A stretch of DNA of 63,973 bases, filler included, from Reclinomonas americana ATCC 50394 (taxonomy: Eukaryota): the NCBI GenBank assembly GCA_048213135.1. It is 7 parts of 3 records of this genome, joined end to end, with 100 filler letters (N's around TTAATTAATTAA, not from the genome) between each part and the next. Parts side by side here need not be neighbours in the genome. Positions count along the whole stretch, not along the records: positions 32,574 to 48,653 come from PS015111.1; positions 48,754 to 55,602 come from PS015112.1; 5 more parts are not named here. The stretch is one strand, 5' to 3'. The translations under genes and the position numbers were made by a program. Each line of letters begins with the position of its first letter. Within the stretch, counting starts at the first letter, position 1. This document shows, in pieces, positions 38,692 to 51,630 of the stretch. The notes under the pieces were generated by a model. That model did no database searches. It had not been told where the DNA came from and worked only from the letters and a program-made list of their open reading frames with translations.

Positions 38692-39498
38692 NNNNNNNNN
38701 NNNNNNNNNNNNNNNNNNNNNNNNNNNNNNNNNNNNNNNNNNNNNNNNNNNNNNNNNNNNNNNNNNNNNNNNNNNNNNNNNNNNNNNNNNNNNNNNNNNN
38801 NNNNNNNNNNNNNNNNNNNNNNNNNNNNNNNNNNNNNNNNNNNNNNNNNNNNNNNNNNNNNNNNNNNNNNNNNNNNNNNNNNNNNNNNNNNNNNNNNNNN
38901 NNNNNNNNNNNNNNNNNNNNNNNNNNNNNNNNNNNNNNNNNNNNNNNNNNNNNNNNNNNNNNNNNNNNNNNNNNNNNNNNNNNNNNNNNNNNNNNNNNNN
39001 NNNNNNNNNNNNNNNNNNNNNNNNNNNNNNNNNNNNNNNNNNNNNNNNNNNNNNNNNNNNNNNNNNNNNNNNNNNNNNNNNNNNNNNNNNNNNNNNNNNN
39101 NNNNNNNNNNNNNNNNNNNNNNNNNNNNNNNNNNNNNNNNNNNNNNNNNNNNNNNNNNNNNNNNNNNNNNNNNNNNNNNNNNNNNNNNNNNNNNNNNNNN
39201 NNNNNNNNNNNNNNNNNNNNNNNNNNNNNNNNNNNNNNNNNNNNNNNNNNNNNNNNNNNNNNNNNNNNNNNNNNNNNNNNNNNNNNNNNNNNNNNNNNNN
39301 NNNNNNNNNNNNNNNNNNNNNNNNNNNNNNNNNNNNNNNNNNNNNNNNNNNNNNNNNNNNNNNNNNNNNNNNNNNNNNNNNNNNNNNNNNNNNNNNNNNN
39401 NNNNNNNNNNNNNNNNNNNNNNNNNNNNNNNNNNNNNNNNNNNNNNNNNNNNNNNNNNNNNNNACCCCCATTTCTCACCACGTGCATTGGGATGACAG

Positions 39499-39822
39499 GA
39501 AAAGGCACAGCAGCTGGCCGAGCAGGAGGCCGCCAAGCAACAGGCCGCCAAGCAAGCCGCCGCTGCAGCGGAGGCCGCCAGAAAGGCCGCGGCTGCCGTT
39601 CCCCCGCCAGCACAACCGCCAACACCGACACCGGCAGCACCAGCAGCAGCCGCTCCTGCTGCCGAGCATCCGTTCTTGAAGAAACCGGCGTCGTCGTCGT
39701 CTGCGGCACCGCCTGCAGAAGACGAGGTGGTGGAGAGCAAGACCAAGGACAACGTCACCGTGGTCAAGACGAAATCCGAGCGCAAGTGGAGCTTCTCCGA
39801 GGTCCTCCGCCGCAACTTGTGA
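39499..39822 (+). CDS. Probable C-terminal exon of FtsZ (Ala/Pro/Gln linker, ending WSFSEVLRRNL), on a contig that appears inverted
   Basis: CAG acceptor followed by a 107-codon low-complexity frame. Flipping contig 39464-40247 places it downstream of and co-oriented with ftsZ. Confidence 0.55.
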   Translation, partial: EKAQQLAEQEAAKQQAAKQAAAAAEAARKAAAAVPPPAQPPTPTPAAPAAAAPAAEHPFLKKPASSSSAAPPAEDEVVESKTKDNVTVVKTKSERKWSFSEVLRRNL

Positions 39823-40029
39823 GACGTGTGTGGAGAAGAAATGTACAGCACGCGCGATTTTTAGAACCCTCCACCGAATACACACACTCTGCTCAACGTT
39901 CTTCACTGGCGTGAATTTGCGCGCGACACAAAGTGCACATAAAACGAGAAACAAAATAAACCCCCACAGGCAGGGCTCGCGACAGGGAAAGAAGAGGTAA
40001 AACAGTGTGGTGCAAAAAAAGGAGACCGA

Positions 40030-40153
40030 TTATGGCTTGCTCGATGACGCTGACGCTCCGGCAGGCGCAGGTGCGCGGCGCTCGTAGAACTTGGCCTTCG
40101 TTCGCTCCGGAATACGGGTGAGCATCTCCTTCGGGAAGATGCGCAGGAGTTCC
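40030..40153 (-). CDS. VMA2: Last exon of V-ATPase subunit B, in opposite orientation on a gap-flanked contig
   Basis: TG at 38300-38301 plus G at 40153 completes Trp, followed by ELLRIFPKEMLTRIP..TKAKFYER, the conserved subunit B C-terminus. Confidence 0.92.
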
Positions 40154-40582
40154 CTGCATGGTGGGGAAGGTGAGGAGGGAAAGAGGGAAGGCAAGGGGGA
40201 AGAGTGGGGGAAGGGAAGGGAAAGGGAGAAGGGAAGGGGGAGAAGGGNNNNNNNNNNNNNNNNNNNNNNNNNNNNNNNNNNNNNNNNNNNNNNNNNNNNN
40301 NNNNNNNNNNNNNNNNNNNNNNNNNNNNNNNNNNNNNNNNNNNNNNNNNNNNNNNNNNNNNNNNNNNNNNNNNNNNNNNNNNNNNNNNNNNNNNNNNNNN
40401 NNNNNNNNNNNNNNNNNNNNNNNNNNNNNNNNNNNNNNNNNNNNNNNNNNNNNNNNNNNNNNNNNNNNNNNNNNNNNNNNNNNNNNNNNNNNNNNNNNNN
40501 NNNNNNNNNNNNNNNNNNNNNNNNNNNNNNNNNNNNNNNNNNNNNNNNAAAGAGTGAGCAGCTACTATTGTTTTTCACCAAC

Positions 40583-42387
40583 CTGCTCCAGCTCCTGACA
40601 ACCAAACTCTGCCATGCGATACCGATAGCGACCCTCAAAATTGAACGGCTTGGTGACCACACCCACGGTGAGGATGCCGAGTTCGCGAGCGGCCTCGGCG
40701 ATCACCGGGGCGGCGCCGGTGCCAGTGCCGCCGCCCATACCTGAGAGGGGGGAAGGGGAAGGGGTAAGAGGGGGAAGGGGGGAAGGGGGGGAAGGGGGTA
40801 AGAGGGGGAAGGGCGGAAGGGGAGAGAAGGAAAGAGGGGGAAAGAGGGGGAAAGAGGAGGAAAGAGGAGGAAAGAGGGGGAAAGAGGGAAGCGACACGGT
40901 AAGGAGAAGGGAAAGGAACAGAAACAGGTAGGGAAAAGAAGAGAGGTGGAATACAAAAAGGAGGGAAAAGAGAGTGAGGGGAAGGAAGTGAGAAAGAGAA
41001 ACGAGGAGGGAGAGAAGGGATGAGAAAGGGGGAATTTTAAAAGAGGAAGGGGAGCAAAGGAGGGCAAGGGGGGAGAGAGGGCTTCGAAAGCTGTGATGGA
41101 CACAAAAACCAACAGGACTCACCAGCCGTGATAAACACCATGTGAGCTCCCTCCAAACGCTGCTTGATTTCGTCGATTACCTCCAGTGCCGCCTCACGAC
41201 CTGTGCGAGGAGTGAGTGAGTGCGAGGCACTCGCCAAGTTGGAGTGCGCACAATCACCGCGCACCTCGATCGTTCGACGAGCCCGCTCCCAGACCGGCAC
41301 AGCACACGGGACCGAGCTGCACGCGGCCCTCCACCGGTACCTCCGAGTGCGCCAGTGCCTGCGCGTCGGTGTTCATCGCCAGAAATTCGACACCTGGGTA
41401 AAGGGAAAGGGAAGGGAAAGAGCGAGGTGTTACTCAATCTGCAGTGCATCAACAACGGCTGTTGTGTGTCTTGAATCGGCGTGGCATGCCTCGAATGACC
41501 AGCTACAGCTTCACATGACTCTCAACGTCTGTCGAACTCGACTGTCGCATCACTGGCGTCATGATGTGCCTCTAACCCGCACCACGACGCGAATAACACA
41601 GAGGGACGGGTAACACTCGCTGTGTCTCTGTTCCTTTCTCACTCAACACGCAGCGGGAGTTGCACGACATCGTGCATCACACTCTCCCTCTAACTCACAC
41701 CATCACTCCCTTCCTCACTCGGCACGCCGAGGCACTTGCACATCATCAAGCATCACTTTGCACCCCATTGCTCTCTCCTTCTTTCTCATTCTCCTCTGAC
41801 AAAAAGTGGCAGATACCGGTGCCTCAAACTCGCCGACACACAGAGACAGTTGCACGTCACGTGCTGTGTATCTCTCCCCCATTCTCACTCAGCACAAGCG
41901 GTGGCAATAGCGAGCCTCTGTTCGTCACTCTGTGTCTCAAACTCGCACTTCCACTCAGCAGATAACGGCACAAGCATGCCACCGCTCGTCTCCAAGTGAA
42001 CTCAACACACCGCAGAAGCATCATTCACCTCTCCGCGCTGAATCACCAGCAAGCAAAGCTGCACATCTCTCTTCTCTTCCGACATCTCTCCTTCTCCCTC
42101 CCTTTCTCCCTCTCTCTCTCTCTCCCCTTCCCCTCCTGTAGCCTCACCTGTCAACTTGCTCTGAATCATATTGTTGATGGCATTCCCGCCAGCACCTCCC
42201 ACTCCCACCACGCGAATGATCGGTCGCCCCGCCTGCTGCTGCTGCTGCTGTTCCTGTTGCTTCGCCTCCGCAGCCGCTTGCGCCTGCTGCTGCTGCTGTT
42301 GTTGCTGTTGCGACGGTCTCTGATACTGCCCAAAAGCACTCGGCGGCACTGGAGATCCACTGGTGGACGATCGACGCGGAAACCACA
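40583..42387 (-). CDS. ftsZ: FtsZ GTPase, alphaproteobacterial/mitochondrial type, partial (four exons visible)
   Basis: [62 protein letters not shown] and [16 protein letters not shown], interrupted by spliceosomal introns. Confidence 0.95.
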
Positions 42388-42579
42388 CTGCAACTCAAGT
42401 GAAATGAGAACACACTCAGTGCAAGGTGCTGCATTTTACTCTTACAATCAGTGATGCTGAGTCGCTTGATCGACGCCTTTCTCTCTGTCTCTCTCTGTCA
42501 ATGCAGTGGTGTTCTCATTGTGTCGTCGCCCGCAGTGCTTCAGGTGACGATTAAGCGACGCCAAACTCTCAGCTGCACT

Positions 42580-42625
<46 letters not shown>

Positions 42626-43515
42626 TACAACTCATGCCTGCAGTGTGGAGGTGCTCAATCGTCGAGTTGAGTGCGTAAGCTGCCATCTAGTAAGACGCGT
42701 CACTCTCTGTCCCTCAGCAGTTGGCTGCTCTCATCGTGAGGTGCTCGTCGACACCTAGATCGTTTCAGGTGACGCTTACTCGACGCTTNNNNNNNNNNNN
42801 NNNNNNNNNNNNNNNNNNNNNNNNNNNNNNNNNNNNNNNNNNNNNNNNNNNNNNNNNNNNNNNNNNNNNNNNNNNNNNNNNNNNNNNNNNNNNNNNNNNN
42901 NNNNNNNNNNNNNNNNNNNNNNNNNNNNNNNNNNNNNNNNNNNNNNNNNNNNNNNNNNNNNNNNNNNNNNNNNNNNNNNNNNNNNNNNNNNNNNNNNNNN
43001 NNNNNNNNNNNNNNNNNNNNNNNNNNNNNNNNNNNNNNNNNNNNNNNNNNNNNNNNNNNNNNNNNNNNNNNNNNNNNNNNNNNNNNNNNNNNNNNNNNNN
43101 NNNNNNNNNNNNNNNNNNNNNNNNNNNNNNNNNNNNNNNNNNNNNNNNNNNNNNNNNNNNNNNNNNNNNNNNNNNNNNNNNNNNNNNNNNNNNNNNNNNN
43201 NNNNNNNNNNNNNNNNNNNNNNNNNNNNNNNNNNNNNNNNNNNNNNNNNNNNNNNNNNNNNNNNNNNNNNNNNNNNNNNNNNNNNNNNNNNNNNNNNNNN
43301 NNNNNNNNNNNNNNNNNNNNNNNNNNNNNNNNNNNNNNNNNNNNNNNNNNNNNNNNNNNNNNNNNNNNNNNNNNNNNNNNNNNNNNNNNNNNNNNNNNNN
43401 NNNNNNNNNNNNNNNNNNNNNNNNNNNNNNNNNNNNNNNNNNNNNNNNNNNNNNNNNNNNNNNGCTTCAGGTAACGCTTACTCGACGCCTAACTCACTCA
43501 CAGACTGCACACTAT

Positions 43516-43559
<44 letters not shown>

Positions 43560-44080
43560 CCTCAACTCACTCAATCACTGCATACTCCCTCACACTGCTC
43601 TCTCGTTTCTCTCCCTCCCTCCCTCCCTCCCTCCCTCCCTCTCTCCCTCCCTCTCTCGCTTCCCCTATCACCCTATCACCCTTTCCCTTGCATCTCACTC
43701 TCACCAGCTCCAGCTGCACGGATGCGAATCCGCTGCACCACCTGCGACAACATCTGCAAAACACACAGTCACACACACACACAACCAACAAACTGCAAAA
43801 TCCTCATCACACAAACCTTCCACAAAGAGAGAAGCTTCCGCGTTTCCCCCTTCACAAAACAAACAAACAAGGCCAAACAAAAAAAAACAACTCTTCGCGA
43901 CGTCGGACAAATTCAATGTCGCACTTGTGCTGTCTGTCTGGCACAAAACACTTCATTCACCACATTCCAATAATGCGATAAATGCCCACAAATCCCTTGC
44001 CGACAATGACCATTGGCACACCAACAATATGCAAAACACATAATTAGTTCTCCAACAGTCGTCGACGTCATCTTCACGGG

Positions 44081-44126
44081 CCCTTTCAGGAGGCAAAGCC
44101 AATCAAACGCGTGTTGGCCTCAAAAG
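44081..44126. promoter_or_regulatory. 46-bp dispersed element, copy 2
   Basis: Exact reverse complement of 8283-8328. Lies between the divergent ftsZ and CLC genes. Confidence 0.5.
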
Positions 44127-44685
44127 TATGTATACTTTAGCACTGATCTGCAGTATGGTCTTGCTCGTTGTTACTTTTTTGCACGCGCGCACGTGCAATG
44201 TGAGCTCCGACGTTCAACAATTCGCGCAGGACACGACACTTGCACACCTGCAATTGCGCTTTCTGCATCGTGCGCGCTGCAGCTCGCGCACGTGCTCCTA
44301 CGCGCACACGTTCTCCACCCGCTCGCATAGCGCTTTTCCACGTGGCTGAAGTGGACAGTCCCGCCGCGCTCGCGCAAATATCTGTCACACAACTCACACA
44401 GAAAGTAAGCGCGACGCAAAGGTGAGCCGCACGCACACGCACATACGAAACAGAAAGGCACATGTCTGTCTCTCAGTCGCACGACACGTGTTCCATTGTG
44501 CAAGATCCCGCGACATGTCTCACTGATCGACCACACCCACTCTCTTTCTCTTGCGCACCTGTGTATGTGTCTCTCACACGCGCACACACACGACGTGCAT
44601 TCCATTCATCGCGAGCACGACACACACTCACATGTTGAATTTGCCACTTTTTTTTTGCACAGATTGCAACGGTCGCATTACAAGA

Positions 44686-47031
44686 ATGAGCAACCGTCGC
44701 GCCGCCGACAGCGAAGCCCGACGCCCCCTGCTCGATGACGTCAGCGACGGAGGAGGCGGTAGTGGAGGGCTTCTTGTGCCGCCCGCCTCACCCGCTGTTC
44801 CATTGCCGCCTCATTCGCCGACGGATGAATTTGCGTCGACCGAGAGCGCACTTTCGTTGCCGTCGTCGGCGTCGCGACGTTCGCGGCGAAGTGGCTCGTT
44901 GCGCGGTCCTGTGCTGGCGAGCAGCGCTGAGGCGTTGGGAGCGGCGTTTCGTGGGACAGGCAAGGATTCGTCGATTGGTGGTGGAGATGGGAGCGGAAGT
45001 GGGGGTGATTCGCATCATTATGATCATCATGCGACGAGGAGAGGGAGTGCGGGGAGTGCGAGCAGTGGGAAGAGTCCACCGAGGAGGAATACGAGGGGAT
45101 ACTCGACTGTGGGTGAGTTGCGGGGGAAGGGTGAAGGGAGAAAGGGAAGGGGAAAGGGTACACGCAGAAGAGAGAAGCTCGCCCTTGCAGTTCGTGCGAT
45201 ATCTTGTCCTCCTTTCATTGCCATTGTAGTTTGTGCAGCTCAAAACCTATCCTGTGTATCCTTTTGTACACTCTCGCACACACTCCCTCTCCCTCTCTCA
45301 CACACTCAGATAGAGAAGCTTGCCCTTGCAGATCGTGTCACCTTGTCCTCCTTTCATTGCCATTGCAGTTTGTACAGCTGAGAACTTATCCTCAGAATCC
45401 TGTTTGCATACACACTCTCTCACACACTCTTACTCACTCCCTCTCTCTCACACTCAGATAGAGAAGCTTGCCCTTGCATATCGTATCGGTCTCACGTTGG
45501 CAGAGAAACGATCTCTGCATTCCTGTTTTTCTTAGCTGACTGTCATTGCGATGTTTGATCGTGCAGCCGAGCAAAACGGAATTTGTATCTTTTGCACTGC
45601 TTGTTCGTCAGTCGTCGTGTGCTGCTGAGAACTCGCATCTTTCTCTGGCCACCCACTCTGCTCATTTCTCTGGTTTTCGTTCCATGTGGCTCTTGATTGT
45701 AGAGTCTGTGTGTAAGTGTTGGACAACGTTGATCTGGATTCTCTCTCGTCTCCTTCTGGGGCCGTTCATTGCGATGTTTGATCGTGCGGCTGAGAAACGG
45801 AATGTCTATCGTTTGCATTGCTTGTTCCACACGATTCCCATTGTCGTTTAGTCACTGTGCAGCCGTGAGCACTCGTCCTTTCCCTTACAGCTCTTTTGTC
45901 TGCAGTTCTTTCGCACTCTTCTTGGTTCCTTCTGTCGTGTAGTCTGTGCGTGCCGAACAGGAGAACGTCTGCTGCTTGGAACGCGTTCGTCTAGAATCAT
46001 TGCCTCTATGGCTCGTGCTTGCTGCCTTCCGTTGCTCCGTTCGTGCAGCTGAAATGCAGAATCTCTGTAGTCCCCACTGTGCTCGTTTCTTGAGAATCCT
46101 TGTTTTGTGTCTCGTGCTGTCAATGTTTGTCGCTTCGTGCGCGCAGCTGCGAGTGCTTGCTTCTTGTGCTGTTCTTTGTCCCTCTTCACTGTGCCCCTCA
46201 CTTCTCGTTTTTCTCATCCTCTCGCCTGTTGTACTCGTGCTGTCGATCTTCTTTCATCGACATGTGCTACTGTGGAGACCTGCTCCTCCAGTTCCCACGC
46301 TATACTTCTGCAACGCGTGCGTCTCGTGAAGTCGTTCCTCGGCAACTCTTTTACTATTTGTCGTTCTGTTGCTCAATCCACGACTTGTCGCATGTGGCGC
46401 TTTCCCGAATCTCTCTGATCTCCTCTGTTGCCTTCTCCCTCCCTCCTCCTCCCCCCTGTCCACATGAGTGTCCTCGATTCTTCATGCGTGCCGATATCGT
46501 CTTGATGTAGAGATTCTCTTGACGCGTGCGTCATTAACCGAGAATACTGAGCACGTTGGTTTTCATTGTTTTAACAGAAATGCGCGACGATTACCCAAAG
46601 GGCAAGGACGACGGAGTTTCGTGGCAGCCTCTCTGCCTTCTCCATATAATTGCATCCACCGCTCACAATTTTGCGCAGTCATGTTGGAGACGACAATGGT
46701 GGTTGTCGTTGCAGGGCTGGATTGTGGCCACGCTGGCCGGCGTGGTACTGGGCATTCTGGCTGGTATTGTGGGACTGGGTGTCGAATGGGCCGAGGCGAT
46801 CCGCGGCGGCGTGTGCACCAAGTGGTGGTACCTGCCGCACTATCTGTGCTGCTTAGAATATGGTGCGTGGTGTCGCCTCTGCTGATAGTTTGTCGACATT
46901 ATCATCGCTGACTTGTTTCGTGCTCTCTCTCTCTCTCTCTCCTCTTGTTTGTCTGCTTGCCTGTCATTCTCTGTCTGTCTGTCTTTCGTCTGCCTGCCAT
47001 TCTCGTCTTGGTCTCTCTCTCTCTCTCTCGC

Positions 47032-47095
<64 letters not shown>

Positions 47096-47131
47096 NNNNN
47101 NNNNNNNNNNNNNNNCCCGTACCGTACCTCC

Positions 47132-47173
<42 letters not shown>

Positions 47174-48573
47174 GCTGTCTCTCTCTATACTTCTCCTTTT
47201 TCTCCTTCTCTCCTCCCGTTCCCTATTCCTTCTCCTCTCTCTCTTTCCCTTCTCCTCTCTCTCTTTCCCTTCTCCTCTCTCTCTTTCCCTTCTCCTCTAT
47301 CTCTTTCCCTTCTCCTCCTTCTCTCCTCTCTTTCCCTTTCCCTATCTCCTCATCTTCCCCTCGTGCCACAGCCGAGAAGCGCGACATGATCGCCACCATG
47401 TCCGGCGCCGGCCTGGCTGTCGCCTTCGGAGCCCCCGTCGGTGGCGTACTGTACACGATTGAGGAGGCCGCATACTTTTTCTCGCACAAAGTCCTGTGGC
47501 GCTCCTTCTTCGCCTCGGTGGTGTCGGTGATCACGCTGCAGCTGATCCACCCGAGCCTCTCTGGCAAGCTGGTGCTCTTCGAGGTCCGCTACCGCCACCA
47601 GTGGCATTGGTTCGAGATCTGGGTGTTTGTGTTGCTCGGCATGATTGGAGGTGCGTGTGAAACAGAGAAGGGGGTTTGTTGGATGCGATTCTCACCGCGC
47701 TTGTGGCGCAGGCGTTCTCGGCGGTCTCTTTTGCCGTCTCAGCACGGCGTGGTGCCGACTGCGAAAGAGGACATCGTGGTGGGCATCGTCGCCAATCATC
47801 GAGGTGCTCATTATTACGCTGATCACGGCCTCGATCAATTACTTGAATCCGTTCACCAAGTTGCGTCGTCGCGCACCTTGAGGATTGAGAGATGCAGTCA
47901 CTCATTTTGTGATCCGTGCAGGGGAAGCGCGCTGAAGCTCATGTCGGCGCTGTTCGACGAGTGTGACGATCCGCATCAAGTGCTGAAGAACCATTTGTGT
48001 CTGTTGCGTGTGCGGATGGGGAAAGAAGAGGAGGGGGGATGGAGGGAAAAGAGGAGGAGAAATGGGTAAGAGAGAAGCTGACTGCCTCTCACTTGTACTC
48101 TCTGCGCTTTCTCTGCTGCCCCCTCGCCTTTCTCCTTCTCTCATTTCTTTCTTTTCTGCACTCGCCTCCCCTTTTTCCTTTTACTTACACTCAATTTCCT
48201 ACTCGCCTCTTCTCTTCCCTTGTCCTATCCTCTCTCACGACCGACTCCATGAGGCTCGCCCGCTTCGCCCTCTCCCTCTCTTTTTCTCACCCCTTTGCTC
48301 TTCTGACACAGATACACGGACACAACATGGCTCATCTGGACATTGGTATTAGCCGGCCTCTCCAAGTACATTCTCGCAATCCTTACTTTTGGCGTCAAGG
48401 TACGGGTATCCGCACCACGTATAGCGTGGTCTCCGTGTGCTCAATTGTCAACCCACAGGTTCCCGCTGGTGTCTTCATCCCTGGACTGGCTATTGGCGCC
48501 ACGTTTGGGCGTGTGGCTGGTCTGCTCATGCGTGAGCTTGTAGAGTTGCGTGCAGACAAGATTAATTCATTCA

Positions 48574-48653
<80 letters not shown>

Positions 48654-48803
48654 NNNNNNNNNNNNNNNNNNNNNNNNNNNNNNNNNNNNNNNNNNNNTTA
48701 ATTAATTAANNNNNNNNNNNNNNNNNNNNNNNNNNNNNNNNNNNNNNNNNNNNTGTGCATGTGTGTGTTTGTGCCCGTCATTCACGCTGTCTCTCTCACT
48801 CTT

Positions 48804-48853
<50 letters not shown>

Positions 48854-50940
48854 ATGAGTGAGTGAGCGTATGCTGCTTGCATCTGCCAGTGTGCGCCCTT
48901 CACCACCACCAGAGTGCCATACTCACCCCCTCTCCCTCTCCCCCTCACACAGATCTCATCGCGGCTCACCCATTTTCAACGAGTGCGCCGGCAGTGTGGC
49001 CTGCGTCATCCCCGGCATCTATGCGCTCGTCGGTGCCGCAGCGACGCTGGCCGGAATCACCCGCATCACGAGTTGCGTACTCGCCCGCAAGCATGTTAGC
49101 TGCGCACATTGTGCTCACGTTACATTGCGTGCACAGTCGCCCTCACGGTGGTCATGTTTGAGTTGACGGGCGGTCTCGAGTACATTGTCCCCTGCATGGT
49201 CGGCATTCTCGTCAGTCGTCTGGTCGCCGATCTCATTGCACCGAAATCCATGTTGCGTCATCCATGTCACGTCAGCGCCCGATCATTCACCCCTCGCTCA
49301 CACCCACGCACAGCTACGAGTCCATGATCGACATTTACAGCATGCCCTACATTGGTCCGCAGGCCTCCACAGAGACGGTGCAGACCACTGCAGGTGCGGT
49401 GGTCGAAGATCAAGTGCTCGAGGTGCTCAGTTCGTCGGGCATGACGGTCGAAGACATTGGTTCGTGATGGTGACGAGTTTGATGGAAGGAGGCCGTTGGG
49501 TGGTATCATTATCTCACTTCCTTTATTTGTTTCGCAGAACGCCTGTTATCGCGGGGCCGCCATTTCCGTGGCTGGCCTGCCGTCGACTTCCAGAACAGCC
49601 CCATCGGCTACGTCACGCGGGAGCGACTGGAGGAGGTGTTTAGAGAACAATGCACTGGCGCCAAGGCGGATGCAGTGGTGTATTTTGCGGACGCGCCGGC
49701 CAATCTGGACGGCACGTACGACCTGTCGGAGTCTGTCGACGCGGCGGTCATGCAAATTGGAGCAGCGGCGTCGCTGCGTGAAGTGCATCGTTGCGTGGGG
49801 GGAGAAGGGAAAGGGAGGGGCGAAGGGAGAGAGAGAGAGAAGGAGAGGGAGAGAGAGATTCCGTATTCCTCGCTTGATGCGACTTGATGTGCAAGAGAGT
49901 GGGTACCTGTGGATAGTTGACGAGTGATGTGCATGTGTGTTTATGGATGTAGTGTGCATTCTGGTTGTCAACCTCGCTGCCCCTTCCCTCTATAATAGTA
50001 TCTGGCGTGTTCTTTGCAGTGCTGTGTGGGTCTGTTCTCAGTTCATCTTCTCTCCCTGTCTCTCACTCTCTCCTCTCCATAAAATATCTGTGTCTGTTCT
50101 TGCAGTGCTCACCTTTTCTTGCGCTCTGCCTCTCATTCGCACCTCTGGGTCTGTTCTAAGTTCATCGTCTCTCTCTCTCTCTCTCTCTCTCATTCCCTTT
50201 CTTCGTGTATTTGCCCTCGCTTGTCCTTTCCAACAACTTGCGACGTTCCTGTCCTCTCTCAGTGTGCCCCCACTTCTCCCTCTCTGCGTGCGTGCAGTCT
50301 CTCTCTCTCTCTCTCTCTCTCTGGCCAGCGTCGGCTCACTATTCATTTTCTTCAACTGTAGATATCTGCGTATCCGTTTCCATTTCTTGTCGTTCTTCAC
50401 CTGTAACGCCATGCATCAGTCTCACTCTCCCTGACGTATTCTGTGTCCCTTTTCCTCTATTCCAACTCTTTCTGTTTTGCAGTTCATATCGTGCGTGCTG
50501 CACGTCACTTACTCTGTCTTCCTTTTTTTCAACCTGTTGCTTGCTATCATGGTCCCTTCCCCCGCCTCCCTTTCACACGAATGAGCTCTGTGCCCTTTCT
50601 CCTTCATCCCCTTATTCATTCTGCCATCACTTCCCCCCCTTTCCCCCTTTCCCCCTTTCCCCCTTGCCCCCTTTCCCCCCCTCTCCCCCTTCTCCCCCCT
50701 TCCTCACCCTCCCCTCCCACAGGCATCTTCACCCGCCTCGGCGTACGGCACGCCATTGTGGTCGACCGGGGCAGTGCCATTGGCATCATCACCCGCAAGG
50801 ATCTATGGCGCCTCCTGCAAGACATTGAGCACGGCCTCTACCACATGCGCCCGGCGACGTCGGTCGGCGGCACCTCCATCGCACTAGACGACGAAACGAC
50901 GAATGAGTCCTCCGATCAGCGCAATCGCCGACGACCGTGA
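44686..50940 (+). CDS. CLC chloride channel/H+ antiporter (ClC-3/4/5/Gef1-like) with CBS domains; some exons missing in gaps
   Basis: AGLAVAFGAPVGGVLYTIEE, LWRSFF, GKLVLFEV, TFGVKVPAGVFIP, PGIYALVGAAA, VVMFELTGGLEYIVP, IYE and the CBS motif FTRLGVRH...GIITRKD. Confidence 0.95.
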
Positions 50941-51630
50941 GAGAACAAGAATGGCAGATGGAGTTGTTAGCTGAGAGGTGTATGTCACAGAAAAAGGAAG
51001 AGAGAGAGAAGGAATTGTGGAAACTGTTGGGATGGGTAAAGCGCATGTGTATTGCNNNNNNNNNNNNNNNNNNNNNNNNNNNNNNNNNNNNNNNNNNNNN
51101 NNNNNNNNNNNNNNNNNNNNNNNNNNNNNNNNNNNNNNNNNNNNNNNNNNNNNNNNNNNNNNNNNNNNNNNNNNNNNNNNNNNNNNNNNNNNNNNNNNNN
51201 NNNNNNNNNNNNNNNNNNNNNNNNNNNNNNNNNNNNNNNNNNNNNNNNNNNNNNNNNNNNNNNNNNNNNNNNNNNNNNNNNNNNNNNNNNNNNNNNNNNN
51301 NNNNNNNNNNNNNNNNNNNNNNNNNNNNNNNNNNNNNNNNNNNNNNNNNNNNNNNNNNNNNNNNNNNNNNNNNNNNNNNNNNNNNNNNNNNNNNNNNNNN
51401 NNNNNNNNNNNNNNNAAAGAGAGGATGAGGAGGAGGAGGGGAAAGGAGATTAATTGTTGGAGGCTACTGTTGCACTGGTGACTGGACGATCTCGAGCACG
51501 ACGCGCTGATTTGACTCGGAAAACACAATGTTCACGATGACAAGGCAGGGATCACTGAAGGACAATAATCGATCGCCGAGGCACTGCGATGTCACTTCCA
51601 TAAAGTTTCTCTTTCATTGTCTGCACTGCT

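Noticed and set aside
45170-45480. Local intronic duplications of about 140 bp (similar ones at about 36260-36590 and 34600-35010)
   Set aside because: Degenerate tandem duplications without termini, target-site duplications or coding signal; ordinary intron expansion.
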